From: Azolla caroliniana
Taxonomy: Eukaryota > Plantae > Polypodiophyta
Direction of reading: 5' to 3'
Length of the DNA stretch: 64,000 nucleotides
Assembly: GCA_043228905.1 (NCBI GenBank)
Contig: JBHGNT010000007.1
Span: forward strand, 19,282,001-19,346,000
The notes beneath the pieces were generated by a model. It did not search any database, was not told the DNA's origin, and was given only the letters and a program-made list of their open reading frames with translations. The translations under genes were made by a program, and so were the position numbers. Shown here piece after piece: positions 1 to 12,789 of the stretch (position 1 is its first letter; every line of letters starts with the position of its first letter).

Positions 1-135
1 TAAGTTCCAACTATGGCATTAAAATCTTCCACAACTAGCATATTTCCAATCTTCTCATATGTAAGAATGTCAGCACACACACATCAAAAAAAAGGATCAT
101 CACGATCTACCTCATACAAATTATAGTACTTGGAT
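1..135 (-). mobile_element. LINE ORF2 endonuclease-domain remnant (runs off the window edge)
   Basis: The minus strand translates ..CADILTYEKIGNMLVVEDFNAIVGT, a decayed APE 'GDFNA' motif. Confidence 0.5.
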
Positions 136-399
136 TCTCTGTAGATTGTAATTATATAATGTTACTTCAACCCACATAGATAGAGAGATAAATAGATTGA
201 GCGAGGTTAGATTAGATTAAATATTTTTTAGCGTCCATAGAGAGGCCAATATTGACCCATGGGACCTAAGTACACAAATTTTCTTGATGTGTGTCTCCTT
301 CCTAAGAAGGGATTTTCACACTTCAAAGCAGAAAGTATCAATTGGTGAGTAAGGCATACATATATCAACTCAACCTTCTACATGTGCTCTTTAGTGTGA

Positions 400-725
400 C
401 ACTCAAGTAATCATCCCCTCTTAATATGTCATCATAGCTTTCACGAATTACACTATATGTTGAGCATGTAAAAAACAATCACCCTCTGCTAGCAATTCCT
501 TGCATAACTTATATGTCTTTATATTTCATAGATTTTGATTCCATAATACAAATTCAATCCCTTGGTTGTGTGATTGATTGTGAAGGAGTATGAGGGCTCT
601 ATGAGAGTTCATACTTATGTTAGTAATTTGATAAGGTTGAATATAGTGTCATGAAGTTACATTGGACCATGTGTGGGTTATTGGTTTCAATGGCTCCCAA
701 CTTTCTTTAAGTATTTTTTGGATAA
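400..725 (-). mobile_element. LINE ORF2 C-terminal (Cys/His) remnant
   Basis: The minus strand reads ..ICKLCK.. and ..FTCSTYSVIRESYDDILRG, similar to the LINE C-termini at ~2800 and ~6500. Confidence 0.45.
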
Positions 726-742
726 GCTTTTTCAACCCCACT

Positions 743-1034
743 ATGTGTGTGCGTGTGTGCGTGTGTATGTTTTATGTGTCAAGTCTACAATTATATGCAC
801 AATTATTTAAATGTGGCTGTGTAAATGCATAAATGTACTTTGTATAGGTATTGTATGTATGTGTTAATTTATATGAATGCATATATATATATATATGTAT
901 GTATATATATATATATATGTATGTATGTATTAAAATGTGTAGGAGTACGTGAATTAGGTTATCAACATAAATGATGGCGCATGAGTGTATTTCATGTAAA
1001 TATGTATAAGTACATATAAGTGTATGTATGTATA
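743..1034. repeat. (TG)n/(TA)n/(TATG)n compound microsatellite, low complexity
   Basis: Dinucleotide and tetranucleotide runs are directly visible. Confidence 0.85.
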
Positions 1035-1074
1035 GGTTTACGTTGTCCTGATGTGGCATGTTCAAAGATAGAAA

Positions 1075-2236
1075 TAGGGATTGACAATGGCTTGGTTCAA
1101 GCCTAAACCAGTTAAAGCAACTTAGTGGCTCGGCTCGGCTCGAGCCTTGCCAAACTGGCTCAAACTAGTTAAGTTGCTTATCTTATTTAATAAGTAGGGT
1201 TTAGAAAGATAGAAGGTAGAACTTAGAGAGAGAGAGAGAGAAATAGAAGCTCGGGATAAGTCATACTTGTCTCAGCCTTTCAGCTAGTATCAAGTGTAGT
1301 ATCTATTCATGTTAGTTTAATACCTGATATGTGGCTATCGGATAGAGAGAGAGAGAGAGAGAGCTTGCATAGTGGATGAGAATGAGGACATCCTTCTTGT
1401 TATATACATTGTTTCTTCTTTATGTACAATGTACATATAGGTGAAAACTTAGTTGAAGCTCCAATTCTCTCCGAATTGGACCTAGGACCTAGGGCATGGG
1501 GGACTCGACGTGAACGTGGTTGAGGGATGGGCAATAGCAATCGAGAGGTCCGGGAAGGGTTACATCAACTGATCAACCGTAGAAGTCTATAGAGAGAGAA
1601 AGAGTCGTGGAGGTGGGACTCGGCATTGAAGGACTTGGTGGTAAGACCGAGGGGGGTGGGAGTTATGAGGAGGAGAAGAAGAGTAGGAGGAAGTGGTAGT
1701 GATGTTTTTTGGGTTTCTTCACACCTCTAAAGGTTTTTTGTCCCAAACCGATTCACAAACCGGTTTAGGGATCAGTTTGGTTTAAGTTTGAGAACCCCAA
1801 AACGGTTTAGGATTAACTGGTTTGGGTTGGGTAAGGCCAAGCCAATTAAGCCTAAATCGAACCATGGTTGAGGGATGGGCAATAGCAATCGAGAGGTCTG
1901 GGAAGGGTTACATCAATTGATCAACTGTAGAAGTCTACAGAGAGAGAGAGAGAGAGAGAGTCGTGGAGGTGGGACTCAGAGTTGAAGGACTCATTGGTGG
2001 TAAGGTTGAGGGGGGAGGGAGTTATGAGGAGAAGAAGAAGAGTCGGAGGAAGTGGTAGTGATGTTTTTTGGGTTTCTTCACACCTCTAAAGGTTTTTTGT
2101 CCCAAACCGATTCACAAACTGGTTTAGGGATCAGTTTGGTTTAAGTTTGAGAACCCCAAAACGGTTTAGGCTTAATTGGTTTGGCTTGGGTAAGGCCAAG
2201 CCAGTTAAGCCTAAACCGAACCGTTGCCGATTCCTA
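1075..2236. mobile_element. Non-autonomous hAT-type DNA transposon
   Basis: Imperfect TIRs TAGGGATTGACAATGGCTTGG (1075) and CCGAACCGTTGCCGATTCCTA (to 2236). 8-bp TSD GATAGAAA (1067-1074) / GATAAAAA (2237-2244). AAACC/GGTTT subterminal repeats. Confidence 0.85.
1516..2222. repeat. ~350-bp internal tandem duplication within the hAT element
   Basis: 'tggttgagggatgggcaatagcaatcgagagg...taagcctaaa(t/c)cgaacc' occurs at ~1517-1863 and again at ~1865-2222. Confidence 0.9.
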
Positions 2237-2539
2237 GATAAAAATAGGGAAAGGGACAAAAGGGGACAACCACAAAATATAAATATAAATATACACAAAC
2301 ATAAATATAAGAATAAGAAGTAAATGGCTATTGTCGTTATTGTTGCTTCATCTTGAGGGGATAATTGACAACTACTCTTTCTCTCCTCTTTCATTCTTCC
2401 TCATGTTCTCATGCTCGTCGACCACTCACTCCTGTATTCTTTATTTTTCGCTTTCGTGGGGGATTTCCCTGAAGGAACTCTTTGTTGCATGATTCCACGA
2501 AAGGTCATATCATATCATTGATCTTTGAGAGAGAGAGAG

Positions 2540-5500
2540 ATAAAGAGATTCTATTATAGACTTTGTAGGCCAAATATGATATATGAGACCAAAAATATTA
2601 CAATTCACGTAGTACATGTGAAAGCGAGTAACGATTCTCGATGTTCAAGAACTTTACCTATGAATATTGCAATTGAGAGTGCACATTGTGGTTGTCAGAG
2701 AAATTCGTGCAAGGATTGGGTTTGGTTAAAGATATGTGGAAATCATATTTGAAGATGATAAAAGGTAGAGCATTGTTTTAAAGTGTGATACTCAAACTCC
2801 CAAACTTATATTAGGCAAAATGTGCATAGTCGGCCACTCTCATCACTTGTGCCCCAATGCTCCATCTCACCTCGCATTGTGTGTGAACTAAGTTGCATGG
2901 AAGTAATGGTTCAGATGGTAGACAATGGGATGGGCTCTAACATGTATCGATGTCTATTGTTTCCTCATTTAGCGAATACTATGGTTTTGTCATTAAGCGC
3001 AATATGTGTAGTATAATATGTGAAGCGTGAACATCCATATTTTTCCCATGCCATGATACACTATCGTTGCAAAAATGCCTCATATACATAGGAATCTAAT
3101 GTTGCATCATGAAGCAAGTGTATTGCATCCCATCTTCCAACCCATTTTTACATATCTTGCATCTAACTGGTAAAAGTTTTGTTGTTATGCGTCTTTTGGA
3201 TCTTTTTGCTTGTATCCCACATGATTTTAGGAAGTTGATATGCGAGACTTTTTTGAACCTTAAACATGTATTCAACAACCCTTTCCATGGCCATGGTTGC
3301 AATGGGAAGTGACCTTGTCTTAAGTAGGAGGGTGCTTTTGGAAATTTTCAAACACTTTCCAAATAGACTTGGAGATGTTACCACCCCATATTCTCACAAC
3401 ATGAGAGAAGCACTAGAATCAGCAAAGTGGTGAAAATGTATTTCTTGAGGTCTTAACGCTTAATTTCGAAGTAGATTTAGGGATGTTGACTCTGGACGGT
3501 GGGTGACACATTCATTCCATATATGATTTGAAGGAACTTTAAGACAAAGATATTTGAAACTTTCTACACATTTAAGTGGCTCATTATTGTACACAATACA
3601 TGGTTTATCCTTTTTTTGCTATTCACAAGCACAATCTTTGTTTTAGAATTGTTGACACTTAATTTAGTATGCATGTTGCAATTTTTTCTCATGCCTTCAT
3701 AAATTTTTGTGAATCTCCTAAAGGATTTGCGAAAAACACTACATCATCTACATATAACAAAAACATGATAACTACATTCCCAATGGCAAATTCTTGAACC
3801 TCTTCTCCTTTACGAACGTGACAACCATTTCTTCCAATTCACCAATGCATAGACCAAATATAGTTGGTGATAGTGGGTATCGTTGCTTAACACCAATAGT
3901 GCTATTAAAAAAATATGAAAGTCTATCACCCATACGCTAAGAACCATTTAGCTAAACCAGTTTAAACCGGCTTAGTGGCTCGCCTTGCCTTGGCTTAGGC
4001 TTGAGCCTGCCTAAACGGTTTGAGTTCGGCTCAACTTGGCTTGAGCCTTGCCAAACTGGCTCAAACCAGTTAAGCTGATTATTAATTAGGTCATAGTACA
4101 TACTTAAAAGGTTAAAAAATTCAAGTTATAGTTAGAACTTAGATAATAGAAGGCTGAAGCAAAGAGTCAAGTGTTGAGTGTCCACAATTGACACAGACAT
4201 TACAAAGAGAGGGAGAGGGAGATGAGGACCTCCTGCAACCTGCATACTGCACACCTTCAGACTTCTACAGTCTATCGATGTCACATCGACTTCTACGGTA
4301 CATGCTAATATACGTGATGCCACAAATAAAAAAATTGAGAATTGTAAATCCATGTATGTGCATCAAAGTGCAATATGGTCGTGATGATGGCGTATTTGCA
4401 AAATCTTGATGATTACGTATCATGTAACTTTCTAGATGATGAGAAGATAAATGCATATGAACGATTTCTCTAATTTTCATGACGTATATTTTATATGCTT
4501 TAATAGGGAGCATATATGAATGTTTCAGGGTATGAGTGCTTATTGGGTTATGTTTACGTGTTGGAAGACAAATTCCACCCACGTTACACATGTTGTCTTT
4601 GTGTGGTTTATATTGAGTATAGAGCATAAAGTGGCTATGAAAGCAATGGGAGGTTATGACTACCAACTTTAGGGGATTGTGTAATGTTGGTTCACTAGGC
4701 AATTAATCGTGGAAAATGCTCCATGACATTGGTGTATGCTTTGTATCATATAACATGAGGAGGCAATGCTTATCTTTAATCATACATTCATGTCATAGTG
4801 TGGATATGTAGTCTATATGGGTATTGATTTTGGTAATGTATCATGGGTTATTGCTTTTTGGGTTGAATCATTGGAGGTTTTTGTATACAATTATTATCCA
4901 ACGGGAGAACCCCAATGAACAAGTCATCATATGAGCATAACATACTCTCTTTTTCTTCTTTAATACAATCATTTTCCTTACATTTTATGGCTTCCTTTTT
5001 TTTATCTGCTTCAACGGATTCATTTTCGTTACCTAACATATTGGATTCATTTGTGGGAGGAGGAGAGGAGGAAGGAAGAGAGAGAGAGGTTCATAAAGAC
5101 AAGTCTGAGTGAAGAAAGTTTGGATTAAGGTGGCTATGGTGGCAAGGCCGAGGGCAAGCCATGTCCATGTGCTAGGAAGCAAGGTGCCTTGTAGAAGCAG
5201 GGAATTTGGCATGCATGTCTTCATAGCCATCATATATTGTTTCTAAGATGGTGATGGTGGTCGTGGTGCTGATGATGATATTGTTGAGGTTGAGGGGAAG
5301 AAGAATAATGGCGAGGTGCACAAACTAGTTTAACCTAAACTGGTTTAGGGATTGGTTTGGTTCAGGTTTGAGAACCCCAAAACAGTTTAGGCTTAACCAG
5401 TTTGGCCTTATCCAAGCCAAACCGGTTTTAGCCTAAACCGAACCGTTGTCGATCCCTACCATATGCACACAACATATAACATCCTTATAAATTCGGAAAA

Positions 5501-6440
5501 TTGCAAGCATATATTCACTTGACACCTCAAGTTCTTCCATTCGCCTCCAAAGATACTCATGAGGTACCATATCAAGAGCCTTCTTGAAGTCTACAAAACA
5601 ACAATATAAACCTTTAATTGAAGGGTAACAAGGTGATTGATGGTGCTATGATGTTTTTGAAAGCCAACTTGCCCATAAACACTCTTACCATTTTTTCTAA
5701 CCCATGCACTTATGTTTGATTTCATTCAAATAGTTTTGCCAATAGCGAGCCAACCATTATGGTTCGATAATTGTTTACATTATTTATATCTCCACCTTTA
5801 TGTAAAACTTTGATCCAATTTGTAGTCCAATCATAATGTATGCCATATTGCAATGCATGATTAAACATATCACTTATCTATGCATGTGCTTCCTTTCCTG
5901 TCCATTTGAGCATTTAAAACTTTATATATTGAAGACCTCTTGCCTTTCGAGGGCCAATTTCTTAAGTCCTATGCATATATCTTCAATTGTAAAGAAAGGA
6001 GACAAATGTGAAAGAAAACCAAAACACATCATCTTTCCAACAATAGATAACTCATAAAAAGTCTTATAATGTGTAGACAAGTCAATAAGAGTTAAGTCAC
6101 CATAACTCACAATGTCATGTTTCCCCACTAGATTTCCCCAAAATTTAACACATGCATGTGCTTTTTCTTGTGTTTGGAGAAAATGTTGAGTAACTTCTCA
6201 TGAGAGAGAATAGATATTTTTTCGTTTAAGATGAGGCTAAGTTTGACCTATGGTACCAAATCAACATATCATCTTGTATCTTACTCCTTCCTAAGCATCA
6301 AGATTATGACTCTTGAATAAAAACTCTCAATGTGAAAATAATGCACACATATATGTGCTCGCCTTTTTTGGTTGAAATTTGAGTATGCCACTCACATTAT
6401 CACGCTCGTCTAACAAGTCATTATTTTTCGTGTGAATTAC
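2540..6440 (-). mobile_element. Degenerate LINE (RTE-like reverse transcriptase), split by a hAT insertion
   Basis: Minus strand: LYCCFVDFKKALDMVPHEYLWRRMEEL (~5540-5615), GVKQRYPLSPTIFGLCI, YVDDVV, KLSVNNSKTKI and EPLKCVESFKYL (~3550-3900), then a C-terminal Cys motif (~2800). Many stops; outer boundaries approximate. Confidence 0.75.
3938..5458. mobile_element. Non-autonomous hAT-type element (same family as 1075-2236)
   Basis: Right end ..AAACCGAACCGTTGTCGATCCCTA (5458). The left subterminal region is homologous to 1100-1180 but its TIR is eroded. 8-bp TSD CCATACGC (3930-3937) / CCATATGC (5459-5466). The LINE RT resumes on both sides. Confidence 0.8.
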
Positions 6441-7050
6441 CTTAAACGTTGAGCATGCTATAAGTGACGTTCATCTTCCACTATGTTTTCATCGCAAACT
6501 TTGCATATCTTCCTGTTTGCATGTACCTCAACAACTAACTTGTGTGAGTGAGTTTAAAGAAGTGTTAATTCTCTCTCAGAGCCAAGGCTCATGGGGGTAG
6601 TGAGATATGATTGGATATGTTTTGGCATTTTTTCTTTGTATTGAGACCAATATTGGGGGTTAATATTTGCAATGTAATATTCCAATTTTGACATTTTAGC
6701 ATCTTGGCACTTCATCCTTAGTGCCTCTAGCAAGCTATCCTCAATGATCACATACTTCATTGCATAATATCACATGAGCTCCAAGACATCTTTTACTCCC
6801 CTCCACATCTCTTAAACCATTTCATAATGTCAAGCGCCCAACCATATGGGAGGATTTTGCTCTTATTAGAGTTTTGTACTTGGGGCAATATATGATCAAA
6901 CATATCCTTGACTTCTGTGATATACATGTATACACTTGGAATGGCTAATAGAGAGTGAGAATGAGAGAGATTAGCGTATTCTAAGACCAAATTCGGCCCA
7001 TGAGACAATTGGTTGCAACAAAATGGGATGTGTACCCAATCATCAAAAAT
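6440..7050 (-). mobile_element. LINE ORF2 3' remnant
   Basis: Minus strand KLEYYIANINPQYW..SHKLVVEV..KICKVCDENIVEDERHL, a typical non-LTR C-terminal Cys/His region. Confidence 0.55.
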
Positions 7051-7747
7051 AAAAATAAAATAAACATAGATAAAAGAGTTTTAGTATGGTACAAAGATGT
7101 TATGCTGTAACATATATTCTATAAAGGAAATGGCTACGTGTTTGAACTAGGTTCAATTCTATCCTAGTCTCTTGAAAATGAGTGAGAGGTCAAAGGGTTT
7201 TGATGTGGGTGTGGCTTGTAGTCCCGATGTAAAAACTTCCAAGACCATAGCTTCTAGGCGGTGTAATTAATGTTCCCTTATCTTCTTAATTGCTTCTACA
7301 CGAGTGACTTTGAGGCCCGATATCTAATGGTGTTTGGTTGTTCTTTGATTTTCTACTTCAACGAGGGAGAGGTCGAGTGGTGTAGGTGTGTCCACGTTGA
7401 TCGTCCCTTCCCGTCCCTGAAAAATTTAAGTGGTTACATGTTGGTGAATATTAGAAAGGTTGTGGTGAACATTTTGTGGCTTATTTTATCTATGTTGTTT
7501 TAGCTATAAGATATTCCTACTTAGTGTCTTTATATCTAGGGCATCTCATGGTTGGGAGAGGGTCCTAACATGTCTTGGTATTTTACCCTTATCTCACTGT
7601 AAAATAAACACTTGCATGTAAAGTGATACTCATTCTCTACGTCTATGTAATATAATCTACATATCCTTCCCTCTTTGAGGACTCCATTCGCACGACCATT
7701 CTAAATCTCAAGTTGGTGAGATGGCATGTATTCCTCATGGTAGTGTG

Positions 7748-8341
7748 TAGGACTCGGTAACGGTTCGTTTTTGGCTTAACTAGTTTGGCCTTGGTAGTGA
7801 TTAAAAGGCAACTTGTTGCGGTAGGTTTCGATATTGGAAACGAGCCAAATTTGTTCCCAAGTCGATGATCATGTTTGGCGTCATGAATTGGTTTAGTCCA
7901 AAGCAATGAGGGTTATGTATTAATACAAATATTTGATTACGAGGAAAGAAGAAGAAGAGAGGGTTGTGTAAGAGTCAATACGTGTGCTTATGATCGAGGA
8001 CTAGCCATTGGCGGTCAAGGATCTGTCTGTTTGTCTGTCTCTCTCTCTTTGTGCTACACCTTCAAATCTCATTACTCAAAGGACCCCAATTGGAGGTCCC
8101 CACAAGAGAGGAGCGGGGTCTTGACCATCGCACTTGACTACCCAAGCTTGACCATCGACGTGTTCTTGATGGTGCCTTCAAATCACGTTACCCTAGAGGA
8201 CCCGAGCTAGAGGAGCGGGGTTTAGGTGAATTTCATTCACTGGCCCAAGGTATGAAACTCCCAAACCGGTTAAGGCTCAAGTGGTTTGGTTTGGACAAGG
8301 CCAAACCGGTTAAGCCGAATTCGAAGCATGGCCGATTCCTA
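7748..8341. mobile_element. hAT-family MITE-like sequence just upstream of the GT47 gene
   Basis: TAGGACTCGGTAACGGTTCG at 7748 and ..GCATGGCCGATTCCTA ending at 8341 match the family TIR. No TSD match, so this may be two fragments. Confidence 0.55.
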
Positions 8342-8487
8342 GAGAGGACACCCGTCCGTCTTTGACTGCCCGGACAGAAACCGGCCCAAGGTGTGAAACC
8401 TGAGTCTCTGCTAGGTATTGAGCTCATCGCCATCGCCATCGCCATCGCCATCATCCCCCACTTCCATCCCCACCTTCAATCATCGCC

Positions 8488-10104
8488 ATGGAAGCTGGCG
8501 ATGGCCATGAAGCCAAGCCTCCTTTCTCTCCAGCAGCGCTCTCTCCCTCTCATCCCCACGACCCTCGGAAATCGCCGCCGCCTCTCAGGCTGTTGAGCTC
8601 TCTCCATGGATTCTTCTCAGCAGATCGTACACTACGTCCATTCAATCGCGCTCGAATCCTCCTTCTGCTCTTTTCCTTCTTCATCCTTTTCACTATGACT
8701 AGCCTGTGGCTATGGCATGTCTCACTTCCTCCTTCCTCATCCCCATCGCCACCACTATTATCCCTTTCGTCTTTGCCTAAGTATCCATCAGGCGTGTCGC
8801 TGTCCATCAGCAGTACAAGAAACTCCATGGATGATAGTGATGATAACGATGATGATGGAAGGAAGCTATGTCCTTCAGGCAGAGTTTACGTCTACGATCT
8901 ACCATCAGAATTCAACGCAGAGCTTCTGAGGTCCTGCTCATCTCTAGTTCCGTGGACAGATATGTGTCCATCGCTAGACAACAACGGTGTTGGGATATCT
9001 GTAGATATGCCATTCTGGATGGGAGGCACAGGCTTCTGGTTCTTGACCAGCCAGTTTGGCGGCGAGGTCATCTTCCATAGCCGTCTCCTCCTCCATCCTT
9101 GCAGAACCATGGATCCACAGAAAGCTTCTGCATTCTTCATCCCTTTCTATACTGGTCTCGACATCGCTAGATATCTCTTCGCCCCTGGAGGTTCCACCCC
9201 GTCTCAGCGGGATGAGCTCAGCCATCGCCTCCTCGATTGGCTTAAGCAGCAGGAAACGTGGAAACGTAGAAACGGGAGAGACCACTTCCTCATGGTAGGA
9301 AGGATAACATGGGATTTCAGAAGAGAAAGCAATGGCGGATGGCTATGGCAGAAGCTATGGCCTCGAAGTGCTGCGGGTTGGGGGAACGACCTCTTCTTGA
9401 CAAAAGAGATGGAAAGGGGACCCCTTCGCCTGATAATCGAGAAGAGCATCTCCGACAAACAAGAAATGGCCATCCCATATCCGACCAGCTTTCATCCTAG
9501 ATCCAGCTCAGATGTGGCGAGATGGCAAGATATTGTTCGATCGTCTAGGAGAACCTTGCTGTTCAGCTATGCGGGAGGCCCGCGATCGCAGTTCCAAAAC
9601 GATTTCAGGAGCGTCTTGCTCGATCAATGCAAAGATTCGTCACCATCCGAGTGCCGATCCATGGATTGCAGTGATCAGAAGTGCGAGCATCCGTTAGCAG
9701 TAATGGAGCTGTTCTTAGATTCCGTGTTTTGCCTGCAACCTAGAGGGGATAGTTTTACAAGAAGGTCGATCTTCGACGCCATGATTGCTGGCTGTATCCC
9801 TGTGTTCTTCTGGAAGCGAACAGCTTATCTTCAGTATCAATGGCACCTTCCTTCTCAGATGGGACCGGATTCGTACTCAGTATTCATCGACAGAGCAGAA
9901 GTGAGGAGCGGGAAGCGACGTATAAGAGATGTTCTGTTGGGATTCTCTGAGAGGAAGGTTCGCAGGATGAGGGAAACCTTGATCGCATCCATACCTAGAC
10001 TTGTCTACGCCCTTCCTTCTTCTTCTTCTGTTAATTTCACAGATGCTTTCGACATAGCTCTTGATCAAACCCTAAATCTTCTCAGACAAAGGTCCATGTC
10101 ATAG
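8488..10104 (+). CDS. XLT2: Glycosyltransferase family 47 (exostosin-like) xyloglucan galactosyltransferase, XLT2/MUR3 clade; intronless type II Golgi membrane protein
   Basis: Intact 538-aa ORF with an N-terminal TM helix and Ser/Pro stem. Motifs VYVYDLP, EVIFHSR, DHFLMVGRITWDFRR, IPYPTSFHP, NDFRSVLL and FCLQPRGDSFTRRSIFD. The QPRGDSFTRRS and NDFR variants resemble XLT2 more than MUR3 (recalled, not searched). Confidence 0.9.
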   Translation: MEAGDGHEAKPPFSPAALSPSHPHDPRKSPPPLRLLSSLHGFFSADRTLRPFNRARILLLLFSFFILFTMTSLWLWHVSLPPSSSPSPPLLSLSSLPKYPSGVSLSISSTRNSMDDSDDNDDDGRKLCPSGRVYVYDLPSEFNAELLRSCSSLVPWTDMCPSLDNNGVGISVDMPFWMGGTGFWFLTSQFGGEVIFHSRLLLHPCRTMDPQKASAFFIPFYTGLDIARYLFAPGGSTPSQRDELSHRLLDWLKQQETWKRRNGRDHFLMVGRITWDFRRESNGGWLWQKLWPRSAAGWGNDLFLTKEMERGPLRLIIEKSISDKQEMAIPYPTSFHPRSSSDVARWQDIVRSSRRTLLFSYAGGPRSQFQNDFRSVLLDQCKDSSPSECRSMDCSDQKCEHPLAVMELFLDSVFCLQPRGDSFTRRSIFDAMIAGCIPVFFWKRTAYLQYQWHLPSQMGPDSYSVFIDRAEVRSGKRRIRDVLLGFSERKVRRMRETLIASIPRLVYALPSSSSVNFTDAFDIALDQTLNLLRQRSMS

Positions 10105-10259
10105 CTCTGGCTTCACATGAAACAAAATGAAAGATGCTTCATCTTCATCTTCATCTTCTATATCTTCTTTCAAAGGTGCATTGGATAAAGAACCATATTT
10201 TCACGTTTCAGGAACTCCAAATTACTGTGCTTCTCCATTAAATCTTCTTCGTCATCTTC

Positions 10260-10560
10260 ATGAAACCCTGGAACTTTCTCTCGGACAGATCACAATGCCA
10301 TGGTTTAATTTTCGCTTCTGTTTGCTTGAAAACCGTAGAACGATCTCTCCCTCTCTCAGACATTTTAGTTCACGTTTGCTCTCCATGCTTACTGAATCCT
10401 GGGATGAACTTTCTCTCTGACAGAACATGCCATAGCTTTATTTCTGCTTCTGTTTGCTTGCGAAACCCTAGAACCATTTCGATCAGACAGTTCCCAGACC
10501 ATTAGTTTCATTTCTGCTGCTGTTTGCTCACTAAACCCTAAAATAAACTTCCCTTCAGAC
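10260..10560. repeat. Three degenerate ~80-130-bp repeats downstream of the GT47 stop
   Basis: A core resembling 'ttt(c/g)cttctgtttgct...aaaccctag/a' recurs at ~10310, ~10440 and ~10510. Confidence 0.6.
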
Positions 10561-12089
10561 ATATCAGGCCATGTCTTTTTCTCTCGATCACTACAGACAC
10601 ATTTAAGTTCTTTCGCTCTCTCTCTTTTCCTCTCATGAATAGACTCTCAAACAAGCAGACAAACACAGGACTGACAGTACTCTCCTCAGTCTCTGAGCTT
10701 TTCTCTTTCTTTCACTTTCACTTTCTCTTTCTTTCTCTTTCCTTCTTTCTCTTCAGCAGGTTCATACGGATATACACAGAAAAAAAAAACAGTGAACTAG
10801 CTATGCTCTTCAATATTGCTGGATAAATTTCTTTAGCTTCAGCAGAATATCTCTTCAGGAATCCCTGCAGGGCCCTCCATACCGTTTTCTGAGAATCCTA
10901 ACTATTTGTTGGGCTTTCTTCTTCTTCCACTGGTAATGAAAGAATCAAAGGCATGGAGAAGAAACGAAGGTACAACAGAAGAAGAAGCAGAACACATATT
11001 TCTACTCCCATTTATATATACCACCTTGTTTGATTATTTCCATAACTCTACAGAGGGAGGATTGTTTTCCTTCATTGATTTAATTATAGCTATATACAGA
11101 AAAGAGAGGTTTTTTTTCATTACAACTCTCCGCAGAGTATTTCCAAAGCTTAATTAGCTAGTGCACATCATCTCATGTTTGTTTATCACCAATCTTCTTG
11201 TTCTTCTTATTTGCAGATTGCATCAATGCAAAATCTTTGTGATTTTATATCTATTAATCATTCTTCTTGTTCTAAATCATTAGTTAAATTTATTCCTTAT
11301 GGTGAAATCTTCTAAACGATTCTTAAAACGTGGATTGGGGCCGGATCAATTTCGAAATGATGAAAACCATCGAACATAGGTAGAAAACCCTGAATTGTGT
11401 AAGGTCATTCATTATGTGCGAGCTTACTTAATTCAGAATATTGGACATAGCTCCTCTGATGATGATATTTACTGATTTTCTTAATCAAAATGTGTTTGTT
11501 CTAATTGGAACAAAATGGATAATTAATGGTTTCGGCAACAATTAAGACAATCAGAAACAAGAGGATTATTGTTGATAGTAACCCGGATTAAAGATCAATA
11601 TATTTAGCCTTTGTTTAATTCAGGGCGTTGATGATGATACTGATTGTTGTGATTAGAAATTTGGTTCTAAGCAGGACCGGATCCGATAATGACTCGATTT
11701 CCAAACGATGAAAACAAGAGGATTAATTAAACTCCGGAACGAAGATCATTATATTCACCATTGCTGGAGTAAGACCATTAGTAATGATGATGATGGTTTC
11801 ATTCAATTGTCTTAAGTGGATACTACCTTCAATCGATTGTCTTTCTAAGAGGTTTTTCTTTATCCATCAAGGATACATTTCATTCAATTATTCTTACAAA
11901 GATGTTACACCCAATTCAATCAATGCCTTCTTTCGTATATGTACAATTGATCAAATTTGCAGTATTTTTCTTGTACAAATGTTGGCATTGAAACCCAATC
12001 CTCTCGACATCACTCTTGTTAGTGAGTTTTCAATTTCTCTCATGTAAGTTTGCAATTATCTTATGGAAGCTTGGCACATGGCATTGGTA

Positions 12090-12515
12090 GAAGCTCATAT
12101 TTCGGAATCATATGTTTCTTGACATCCGATCGAGGAATTGAGATGGATATGCCATTTCTTTGGCAACATAATGATGTAAGATGGATGGATACCTTTAAGA
12201 TCATTGATGCTCATGTTTCTTTGTTTTGATCCAATATCGACATAAAACCCTAATTGAAGAGGCCTAATCCTTTGGTTAGATTGATGCTTTGGCAAAACTG
12301 AATTAGCCGAAGCTCATATTTCGGAATAATATGTTTCTTGACACCCGTTTGAGGAGTTGAGATGGATATGCCATTTCTTTGGCAACATAATGATGTAACA
12401 TGGATACCTTTAAGATCATCGATGCTCATGTTTCTTTGTTTTGATACAATATTGACGTAGGACCCTAAATGTAAGAGGCCTATTCCTTTGGCCAGATTGA
12501 TGCTTTGGCAAAACC
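12090..12515. repeat. ~219-bp tandem duplication
   Basis: 'aagctcatatttcggaat..gattgatgctttggcaaaac' at 12091 and 12310. Confidence 0.9.
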
Positions 12516-12789
12516 AAATCTACTTCGCCAGTTCTTAGGATGTGACATGGTAATTCAAAGTTAGTTCCTCATGTTTCGAGCTCTCGATTCACATTATAAT
12601 TAGATTTGTCGTGCAACCACCCATGTGACTCACTAGTCTCATTGTTCCCTTTGCTTTTGACTTCTTAACGTTTTTTTCTCTCTTGACACATAGTCCACGA
12701 CAATGTCCATATATTTCTCACTTCAAACCATAGCATAGTGTAAAATTCAAGCGAAGGTTTATGAGAAAGAATATCAAATGTATTAGAAT

